In this document: in pieces, positions 34,916 through 41,968 of the stretch
How positions within the stretch are numbered: the first letter of the stretch is position 1
Layout of the letters: each line of letters opens with the position of its first letter
Assembly (NCBI GenBank): GCA_020353155.1
Contig: CP070689.1
Location: 2,476,315-2,540,314 of the forward strand
DNA: 64,000 nucleotides
Reading direction: 5' to 3'
From: Deltaproteobacteria bacterium
GTDB taxonomy: Bacteria > Desulfobacterota > Syntrophobacteria > BM002
Made by a program: the position numbers and the translations under genes
Notes under the pieces: model-generated
The model's database searches: none
What the model saw: only the letters and a program-made list of their open reading frames with translations
What the model was told of the DNA's origin: nothing

Positions 34916-36345
34916 CTCGATGCCTCCTCCTCTACGATAATCTCCGGTTGATGCTGTCTTTTATCCCTGATGAGATTTTCCACCCACAACGGCGGAAAGA
35001 TGAACAGATCGTAGATATTCACCAGCAATTCACCCATGTAACGGCTGATATTTCCGAGCAGACGGAAGAAAAAGGAAAGCCACCGCAAGACAGCTGTGCC
35101 AGCAACGCCTAATACTGTGCGTGAAGAATGAACAAAGGACTCGAGGGGTATGGCAACGAATGTGAGGGCAAAAGGCAAAACAAAGCCCATTACCATCTGT
35201 CCAACTGTGGGAATCCAACTGTTCACTGCAACGCCGGTTGCCTCAACCGCGGCAAGTGATTGCCTCAGGGCCTGCATATCAGCGGCGATCTGATCCCGCA
35301 TGAACGCCAAAGCCGCTTCAACGCTGGCCAGGACAAGGAGAATGCTAAAAGTGATCCAAATCATGCGGGTACGCATCTTGTCATCCATTTGCCCTATGAT
35401 GGGAAACAATCTAGTGATGCGGAGTGATTCCATCAAATAGAGGCCCATGGCGACCTCGACCAGAATAATGACCATAGCTGCGACATTGGCGGTCTTGAAG
35501 TGGCCGATGTAACTACCGCCTCCCACCATCTCCGACATGGGAAGGGCAATGAGGTTGAAATTAATTACCGCGCCCCCTATGGCGATAAGGAGAACAAAAC
35601 CGGAGATAAAGAACTGAGTGAGCGATGAAGCAGTTAGCATCCGTGCCGACTTGTCAGTCTGCTCCCGAATCTCCTCATACTCAGTCATGCGGTTGTCAAT
35701 CACATTGGCTCGTTCATGAAGTCCGGTTATGGTCTTCCCGACTTGCTCAAGGGTCTGGGCCATCCGGCGCCAATAGGGCATCATTTTCTTCAAGAGATTG
35801 TGGCGCTCAGCCACAGACTTGCGGTACTCTGCCATGGTGTTCTTGTACTGGCTAACTGAGGTCTTGTGTATTTCGTTTAGAATATTGGCAACCGTTCCAT
35901 CACCCTGAGAAGGAAGATTGGCAACTGCCTCCATAGCATTTATCCATGCCGGGGGAGGTGGTGGTGTTTCGGAACTATCTTTGTAGTCCTCGTCTATTTT
36001 GGTGGTTTGGTCCGACAAAGCTCGGTGCAGGGTGGGATAACCACTGAGGTCTCTCTTTACCACGGAATTGACCCGGTGAAACTCCCGCTCAATCAAACGC
36101 TCTACTGATTCGACCCCGGCATTGAGCAATACTTCCTTGTTGCGCTGCACCAGCTTTTCTTCCGCCAACATAACGGATCGAGCCATCAAGCGGAAGGCAT
36201 TGTGAAAAACCCGAGCCAGTGAGTGTATTGCCCTGTGCGCTGGCGTTCGCGCCAGATAGAGCAAAACCACCATGACCACAATCCATATGAGCATGGACAT
36301 GACTGGGGATCCCGGCCAAATTATGAGTAATTTCGTCAAGGACAT
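34912..36345 (-). CDS. polytopic membrane protein with long coiled-coil/PPPPP linker, unknown function
   Basis: 477 aa, GGAGG RBS. N-terminal TM helix (MLIWIVVMVVLLYL), a roughly 200-aa charged helical region containing ETPPPPPAW, then about 4-5 C-terminal TM helices. Translationally coupled to the vWA gene. Confidence 0.55.
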   Translation of the reverse strand: MSLTKLLIIWPGSPVMSMLIWIVVMVVLLYLARTPAHRAIHSLARVFHNAFRLMARSVMLAEEKLVQRNKEVLLNAGVESVERLIEREFHRVNSVVKRDLSGYPTLHRALSDQTTKIDEDYKDSSETPPPPPAWINAMEAVANLPSQGDGTVANILNEIHKTSVSQYKNTMAEYRKSVAERHNLLKKMMPYWRRMAQTLEQVGKTITGLHERANVIDNRMTEYEEIREQTDKSARMLTASSLTQFFISGFVLLIAIGGAVINFNLIALPMSEMVGGGSYIGHFKTANVAAMVIILVEVAMGLYLMESLRITRLFPIIGQMDDKMRTRMIWITFSILLVLASVEAALAFMRDQIAADMQALRQSLAAVEATGVAVNSWIPTVGQMVMGFVLPFALTFVAIPLESFVHSSRTVLGVAGTAVLRWLSFFFRLLGNISRYMGELLVNIYDLFIFPPLWVENLIRDKRQHQPEIIVEEEASR

Positions 36346-36683
36346 TGGAACCTCCTCCTTTTCTATTGGTCCTTTTGCCTTATCAGCAGACCGATGGTTC
36401 CACCTCTAGTGGGGTAAAAGTCACTAAAATTACACCAGGGGCCCGATAATGTGCTGTGTCTTTTTTTGTACTTAGCCATACACAATTAGACTAGACTTCA
36501 TCCGGTTTCAGACAGGCCCCAGCAAAGGCTTTATTCGCTTGTTTTTGGCGCCTTTAGATCAACTTTGTTGTTCGCATCCTGGCAGGGGAAACTGTTTCTA
36601 ATTCTTCAAGTTACTCTCCCTCGCCAAAAAAAGATTGTCAGATGAATATTGCAGCAAGATCTGTACCAAAGATATTGCTGTAA

Positions 36684-36761
36684 TTCGGATTTGTCCTTCG
36701 GACTCCCACCCTTCGGGCGGGTTCCCGGTTTCGGATTGGGGATTGCGGATATTAGATTTTG
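36684..36761. repeat. TTCGGAT/GATTGCG heptamer words with two C(UUCG)G-type mini-hairpins
   Basis: ttcggat ttgtccttcggac tcccacccttcgggcggg ... gattggg gattgcg gatatta gattttg (in phase over 36734-36761). Confidence 0.65.
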
Positions 36762-36848
36762 GTTAGCAGTTATAATAGGTCGTTGAAATTCACACTGGAT
36801 TTGTCCTATAAAGGGCCAATCTTTGCAGAACATGTGGAGGAGTTAGGC

Positions 36849-38555
36849 ATGCCTAAGAACATTGTTGTCATCGGTGCTGTTGCCCTCGGACCAAAAGCGG
36901 CTTGTCGGTTCAAGAGACTGGAGCCAGATTCCAAGGTGGTCATGGTGGACAAGGATGAAATTATATCTTATGGGGGTTGCGGTATTCCCTATTTTATTTC
37001 CGGTGACGTGAGTGATCCTAGTCAACTCCAGGAAACGAGCTTCCATATGCTCCGGGATAAGGCATTCTTTCAGGAAGCAAAAGACATAGAGGTTCTGACC
37101 AAAACAGAGGCCTTGAAAATTGATCGACAAGAGAAGCATGTCTTGGTCAAGAATCTAATCACTCAAGAAGAGAGCACCCTGCCCTACGATAAACTGGTGC
37201 TTGCCACCGGAAGCCGTCCCAGACTATTGGATACACCGGGGATCGATTTAGACGGGGTCTTCGCTGTGAGCAATATGAATTCAGCCGTGGTGATAAAGGA
37301 AAGAATTTCCTCCGGTCAGGTGGATAAAGCACTCATCATTGGTGGAGGGTTCATTGGTCTGGAGATGGCAGAGGCCTTGACCGATATGTGGGGGATTGAA
37401 ACTACGGTAGTGGAAATAACCGACCAACTTCTCCCCGGTTTAATCAGTCGCAACCTGGCTCAGATTGTCAAACATCACATGGAGGAAAAGGAGGTCTCCT
37501 TTCTTCTCGAGCACAGGGTCGAGCGCTTGGAGGGCAATGGCAAAGTTGAGCGAGTCATAACCGCCGACAAATCTATTGAAACGGATCTGGTAATTGTGGC
37601 TGTGGGGGCTGAAGCAAATTCTGATTTGGCTAGGGCGGCGGGCTTGGACATTTCACCCAGGGGGGCCATAGTGGTAAACAGTAAGATGCAAACCTCCGAT
37701 CCGGACATATATGCTGGCGGTGACTGTGTGGAAGTGACCAACGTGATAAGCGGCAAGCCGGGTTACTATCCCTTGGGCTCCATGGCTAATCGGCAAGGAC
37801 GCATAATAGGTACCAATTTGGCAGGGGGCAAAGCAGAATTTCCGGGTGCTGTGGGAAGTTTTGTTGTCAAAATATTCGACCTTTCCGTTGCGGCGGCGGG
37901 CTTGAGTATTGACGTGGCACGACGAGAAGGTTTCGACGCCATAAGCTGTCTGGTGATTCAGTTCGATCGAGCCCATTTTTATCCGGAGAAAGATTTGTTG
38001 ACCTTGGAGCTGGTAGTAGAGAAATCTACCGGAAGGGTTTTGGGAATTCAGGGCGTAGGTCCAATGGGTGAGGGTACGGTTGGCCGGATAAACGCGGTGG
38101 CGTCAATTCTCAAGTACAAACCCACAGCAGAAGATATCGGTAATTTGGAGTTGGCTTATTCTCCTCCATTTTCTGCGGCAATGGATATTGTTAATGCCCT
38201 TGGAAACACGGCGGAGAACATTCTGGCCGGAAAGAACAGGGTTGTTGATGTAGACGAATTCGATGAACTCTGGAAGCAGAGAGAAAGTGGCGATGTGGTC
38301 TTTCTGGATTGCAGGGGTTGGGGTAATGCCGAGCCTTTTGTAAATAAATATCCCCAACACTGGAAGAGCCTTCCTCAGGACGAGCTTAGGGCGAGGATGG
38401 GGGAAGTGCCCCGTGATAAAAAGCTGGTACTGATATGCAACACCGGCGTGCGTTCATATGAGGCTCAGGTGACCCTTGACGAGATGGGCATAAAGGACAC
38501 CTGTAACCTCCAAGGGGGAGTGGCTTGCCTGAAGAAATGGGGACTTGATATTTAG
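36849..38555 (+). CDS. CoA-disulfide reductase/NADH-oxidase-family flavoprotein fused to a C-terminal rhodanese domain (persulfide-reductase-like)
   Basis: Trimmed to the ATG at 36849 (MPKNIVVIGAVALGPKAA), with GGAGGAG upstream. Redox Cys in SYGGCGIPYF, second Rossmann motif IIGGGFIGLEMAEA, rhodanese active-site loop LICNTGVRSYEA. Confidence 0.8.
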   Translation: MPKNIVVIGAVALGPKAACRFKRLEPDSKVVMVDKDEIISYGGCGIPYFISGDVSDPSQLQETSFHMLRDKAFFQEAKDIEVLTKTEALKIDRQEKHVLVKNLITQEESTLPYDKLVLATGSRPRLLDTPGIDLDGVFAVSNMNSAVVIKERISSGQVDKALIIGGGFIGLEMAEALTDMWGIETTVVEITDQLLPGLISRNLAQIVKHHMEEKEVSFLLEHRVERLEGNGKVERVITADKSIETDLVIVAVGAEANSDLARAAGLDISPRGAIVVNSKMQTSDPDIYAGGDCVEVTNVISGKPGYYPLGSMANRQGRIIGTNLAGGKAEFPGAVGSFVVKIFDLSVAAAGLSIDVARREGFDAISCLVIQFDRAHFYPEKDLLTLELVVEKSTGRVLGIQGVGPMGEGTVGRINAVASILKYKPTAEDIGNLELAYSPPFSAAMDIVNALGNTAENILAGKNRVVDVDEFDELWKQRESGDVVFLDCRGWGNAEPFVNKYPQHWKSLPQDELRARMGEVPRDKKLVLICNTGVRSYEAQVTLDEMGIKDTCNLQGGVACLKKWGLDI

Positions 38556-38557
38556 TC

Positions 38558-38756
38558 AGCGGGCAGCTAGCAGCAAGCAGCCGGCAGGGTAGACTAGGCA
38601 CTAGGGACTAAGAACTAGGCACCAAGTAAAACAAGGCGGAGCTTGCTAGACAAGGCCGAAACCGCTCCAAGTTGGATATGAGATGTGCGATGTGAGATCT
38701 GAGATGTGGGATACTAAAATCAAATCTCACATCCCATATCGCACATCTCACATCTG
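38558..38756. repeat. three different heptamer arrays in series (CAGCNNG, NACTAGG, GAGATGT plus its inverted copy)
   Basis: Ten in-phase 7-mers over 38558-38627: cagcggg cagctag cagcaag cagccgg cagggta gactagg cactagg gactaag aactagg caccaag. Then gagatgt gcgatgt gagatct gagatgt gggat (38680-38712) faces atctcacatcccatatcgcacatctcacatctg (38724-38756). Confidence 0.85.
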
Positions 38757-38792
38757 ATTCTCAGAATTAGCGACTTGTGAAAGGAAAAATAG

Positions 38793-39791
38793 TTGTTTCG
38801 TCGGCAGAAGGACTTCGTTATTAAGCGCCTCCAATCGGGAGGAATAATAACAAACTACTACTGCACCTCAGCCTGTGGCCACTGTCTCTATTATTGTAGT
38901 CCTCGCTGGAAAAAGGAATACATGAGCAGGGACATCCTGCGGTTGATCCTGAAAAAAATCAAAAACTTTGGCTGTCATTCTGTTCACATTGGTGGAGGTG
39001 AACCATTTCTCAACTTGGATGGCCTAGCAATGGTTGTGGAGGTGGTTCGCTCCATGTCAGTCAATATTGAATATGTAGAAACCAACTCATCCTGGTATAA
39101 AGGAAGAGAATCTGCGCTAGAGGTTCTGTCCACCCTCAGAGAGAAAGGCCTTTCCACCCTGCTCATATCCATGAGTCCTTTTCACAACGAGCACGTGCCT
39201 TTTTACAAAGTAAAAGGCGTTATTGAAGCCTGCAAAGAGGCCAATATAGACGTTTTCCCTTGGATCTCTCAATTCTACCCGGAGATAGATGCTTTTGACG
39301 ACCGAACTACTCACGCCTTATCTGTCTATGAAAGCAAGTATGGTGAAAACTACCTTGCAAAGATTCCCTCGAGGTACTGGATCCATTTCGGCGGAAGGGC
39401 CCTTAAGACCTTTGCCACATTCTATAGCACTAAAGACTATAGAGACATTGTCTCAGTGAATAAGGGGGGATGCAGCGAACTGCTGGATGTGAGTCACTTT
39501 CACATCGATTTGTTCGGCAATTATATTCCTGGGCTTTGCTCTGGCCTGGCTATTCGGTACGAAGATCTGGGAGAAAAGCTGGACCGAAAACAATATCCTT
39601 TCCTGGCCACCCTTTACCATCTTGGTATCGAGGGTTTTTTGGATCTGGCAAAGAGCGATTACGGCTTCAAGCCCTCACGAGAATACCTGTCCAAATGTGA
39701 TCTCTGCTTTGACATCAGATACTATATCACCATGGAAATGGGTGTGAATTCTAAAGAACTGCAACCCAGGGGTTATTACGAAAACAGTTAG
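38793..39791 (+). CDS. radical SAM protein, unknown substrate
   Basis: 332 aa, TTG start. The CX3CX2C cluster motif is in YYCTSACGHCLYYCS and a GGGEP glycine-rich motif follows. No SPASM-type second cluster motif recognised. Confidence 0.7.
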   Translation: MFRRQKDFVIKRLQSGGIITNYYCTSACGHCLYYCSPRWKKEYMSRDILRLILKKIKNFGCHSVHIGGGEPFLNLDGLAMVVEVVRSMSVNIEYVETNSSWYKGRESALEVLSTLREKGLSTLLISMSPFHNEHVPFYKVKGVIEACKEANIDVFPWISQFYPEIDAFDDRTTHALSVYESKYGENYLAKIPSRYWIHFGGRALKTFATFYSTKDYRDIVSVNKGGCSELLDVSHFHIDLFGNYIPGLCSGLAIRYEDLGEKLDRKQYPFLATLYHLGIEGFLDLAKSDYGFKPSREYLSKCDLCFDIRYYITMEMGVNSKELQPRGYYENS

Positions 39792-39891
39792 ATTTTTCCC
39801 CTTGCCCACTTACCTCCTCTTCAGAGCCTCTATCTTTGAAAAGATAGTCTCATGGGTAAATAGCAGGGTTTTTTCCTAAGTCACAGGAGAC

Positions 39892-40200
39892 TCACTCATC
39901 TTTCTCCTTTTTCTCGGGGCTGACTATGGAGAACTTCTCATCTCCAGGGAAAGGTTGTCCCTGAACGAAAGGATTAATGTGCCAATTGCCCCGGTGGTAG
40001 AGCCAAGTTCTCCCCGTTTTTGTGTCTACCAAAAGAACGCCCCCCTCTGTATTAAATGCTTGAAATCTTCCAATTTCGTCAAGTTTTACCACAGGATTTA
40101 CGAGTTTTACTTGATCTTCTTTGGCTTGGGCTACGTGGGCAAACACCAGAACCATTGCGGCAATCAATCCCAGTAAAATCCAGTAGTTTTTTTTCTTCAT
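39892..40200 (-). CDS. small secreted protein, unknown function
   Basis: 102 aa with GGAGGAAGAG RBS. Signal peptide MKKKNYWILLGLIAAMVLVFAHVAQA followed by KE. Confidence 0.55.
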   Translation of the reverse strand: MKKKNYWILLGLIAAMVLVFAHVAQAKEDQVKLVNPVVKLDEIGRFQAFNTEGGVLLVDTKTGRTWLYHRGNWHINPFVQGQPFPGDEKFSIVSPEKKEKDE

Positions 40201-40531
40201 CTCTTCCTCCTTTGTAACTGATTACCTTGAGGTTTATGAGGGCGTCTCTAGCGGCAGAGCCTGGTTATCTTTTACCAGAATTTATTACTTTCTTCCTAAT
40301 CATTTTCTTTTTTATGTTTTTCATTTCAAGGAATTTAAGCCATCTTGAGTATTTTTTCTGCGATATCTGAAGCTCTAGGAAAAAATGGCCTTCTTGGGAG
40401 TCCATTTTTGGCCCTTTGACCAACTCGATCTCCGGATTTGGCCAGATTTAGCTATTTGGCAAGGTTAACCGAGAGTTAGTTTTACAATTAAACAATTGAT
40501 TTTATTAGTTTAAACGTGTTTTTAGAGCTAT

Positions 40532-40555
40532 TGGCATCTTTCCTGCCTATATAAT
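40532..40555 (+). promoter_or_regulatory. orphan promoter (sigma54-like TGGCAT-N7-CTGC overlapping a perfect TATAAT)
   Basis: The GG at 40533-40534 and GC at 40545-40546 have the canonical 10-nt separation of -24/-12 promoters. A perfect TATAAT lies at 40550-40555, with only a weak -35. No CDS starts within 440 nt downstream. Confidence 0.4.
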
Positions 40556-40556
40556 A

Positions 40557-40650
40557 AGCCAGTCTCCAAAACTCCTTTTCTTGCTCAACTCTTTATGGCC
40601 CTTGCCCCCATCAGAATCGGGCGCGATAACTGGTGGGGGCTTCCTTTTTT
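40557..40650 (+). ncRNA. candidate small RNA or transcribed leader (promoter to intrinsic terminator)
   Basis: Defined only by the promoter-like sequence at 40532-40555 and the strong terminator at 40604-40650. It contains no RBS-preceded ORF. Both ends are inferred. Confidence 0.3.
40604..40650 (+). terminator. strong Rho-independent terminator with no upstream plus-strand CDS
   Basis: gcccccatcag (40604-40614) pairs with ctggtgggggc (40630-40640): 11 bp with one G-U. An inner atcg/cgat stem closes a ggcg tetraloop. The hairpin is followed by ttcctttttt (40641-40650). Confidence 0.65.
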
Positions 40651-40796
40651 ACTACCCTTCTCCCCATGCCTTGCGACTGCGCTCTATCTTTTTCCGCATC
40701 TTAAAATCCCTCCAGTCGGGGGAGAGAAAAGGGCTTATAGGACAGGCTCTTGGCGAAAAGTGTAGGAGATGTCATTTAATAGCCCTGGCAGCATCG

Positions 40797-40805
40797 TGCT
40801 ATACT
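40797..40805 (+). promoter_or_regulatory. candidate extended -10 promoter (TGCTATACT) for the SDR-ALDH-molybdoenzyme genes
   Basis: TGnTATACT at 40797-40805, about 190 nt upstream of the SDR ATG. No good -35. Confidence 0.3.
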
Positions 40806-40904
40806 CCCATCTGAGATGAACAGTCCAGTGCATTTTTGTTTCCTCAATTTGCCATTTTCGAGACCAGATCAAAAGGTAACATTCCGTTGAATGGGAGAAT
40901 AAAA

Positions 40905-40982
40905 GCATTAGAGCATAAGAGAATCAGATTACCATTTACTCTTTTTTCCCCTATGCTCTATGCTCCATGCTCTATGCTCTCT
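40905..40982. repeat. inverted CATAGAG-family element ending 8 nt before the SDR RBS
   Basis: gcattagagcataagag (40905-40921) faces ccctatg ctctatg ctccatg ctctatg ctctcta (40948-40982). The RBS AAGGAG begins at 40988. Confidence 0.75.
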
Positions 40983-40998
40983 AAGCAAAGGAGAAACC

Positions 40999-41811
40999 AT
41001 GACCTACTTCACCAACAAAGTGACCTTGATCACTGGTGGCGCCTGTGGTTTGGGGCGGCTGGTTGCTCACAAGGTAGCTGCAAGGGGAAGTCACGTTGTC
41101 ATCTGGGATATCGCCGCTGAAAGCTTGGCCAACACTGCCAGAGAACTCTATGGAGTTGGCTATAAGGTGACGACTTATCACTGTGATGTGTCTGACCGTG
41201 ATATGGTCTATGGTCTTGCAGAAAAAGTAAAAAAAGATGTTGGCAAAGTGGATATTTTAATTAATAACGCCGGGGTTGTCTGTGGAAGACCTTTCCTGGA
41301 GTGCAGTGACGAAGAATTAGAAAGAACTTTGGGGGTCAATTTGCTGGCCCACTTCTGGACAGTCAAGGCGTTCCTACCTGATATGGTCAGGACAAATAGC
41401 GGACACATTGTCACTGTTGCTTCCGCCGGAGGTATTGTGGGCAGTTCAGGGTTGGTTGCTTATGCTGCCAGCAAGTTTGCCGATTTCGGCTTCGATGAGG
41501 CCTTGAGAGCTGAGTTGAAAAAGCAAAGACTAAAAATTTACACTACCGTGGTCTGTCCATATTTTATTAGGGGCGAAATGTTTGCAGGTGCAAAGACACG
41601 ATTTTCTTTTTTATTGCCTATTTTGGATGCTGAGAAGGTGAGCGAGCGTATAGTTAAAGCCATTGCTCTAAGAAAACAACGGGTGATAATGCCGCCTCTG
41701 GTCTATGCTACCTGGCCCCTTAGACTGCTCCCTGTGTCCATATTTGATAAGGTGGCTACTTTTTTGGGGATCAACGACGCCATGGACGAATTCCAGGGCC
41801 GTCGGCCCTGA
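40999..41811 (+). CDS. short-chain dehydrogenase/reductase (classical SDR)
   Basis: Trimmed to the ATG at 40999 (MTYFTNKVTLITGGACGLG), 5 nt after AAGGAG. The track start at 40960 reads through the heptamer array. Catalytic YAASK. Confidence 0.8.
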   Translation: MTYFTNKVTLITGGACGLGRLVAHKVAARGSHVVIWDIAAESLANTARELYGVGYKVTTYHCDVSDRDMVYGLAEKVKKDVGKVDILINNAGVVCGRPFLECSDEELERTLGVNLLAHFWTVKAFLPDMVRTNSGHIVTVASAGGIVGSSGLVAYAASKFADFGFDEALRAELKKQRLKIYTTVVCPYFIRGEMFAGAKTRFSFLLPILDAEKVSERIVKAIALRKQRVIMPPLVYATWPLRLLPVSIFDKVATFLGINDAMDEFQGRRP

Positions 41812-41816
41812 AGAAG

Positions 41817-41910
41817 CACTAGGCATTAGGGACTAAGCACTAAGCACCCGAGGACTTTAAATTAATCCTGTTTCCTTTGATGCCCAGTGCATACTGCTTA
41901 GTGCCTAGTA
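41817..41910. repeat. inverted heptamer-array element (CACTAAG family) between the SDR and ALDH genes
   Basis: Left arm is cactagg cattagg gactaag cactaag cacccga. Right arm is cccagtg catactg cttagtg cctagta. Confidence 0.8.
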
Positions 41911-41968
41911 ATCGGTGGGAGCGGCTTTTGGCCGCGATTTATCGTGATTCGACAAAAGGATTTAATCT

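Noticed and set aside
40783-40798. Second sigma54-like string, ctggcagcatcgtgct.
   Set aside because: The GG-to-GC separation is 9 nt, not 10. The same bases are better read as an extended -10 (TGCTATACT).
40581-41120. Track ORFs of 77 aa and 94 aa in the long gene-free region.
   Set aside because: The first reads straight through the strong terminator hairpin. The second reads through the heptamer array into the SDR gene in another frame. Neither has an RBS.
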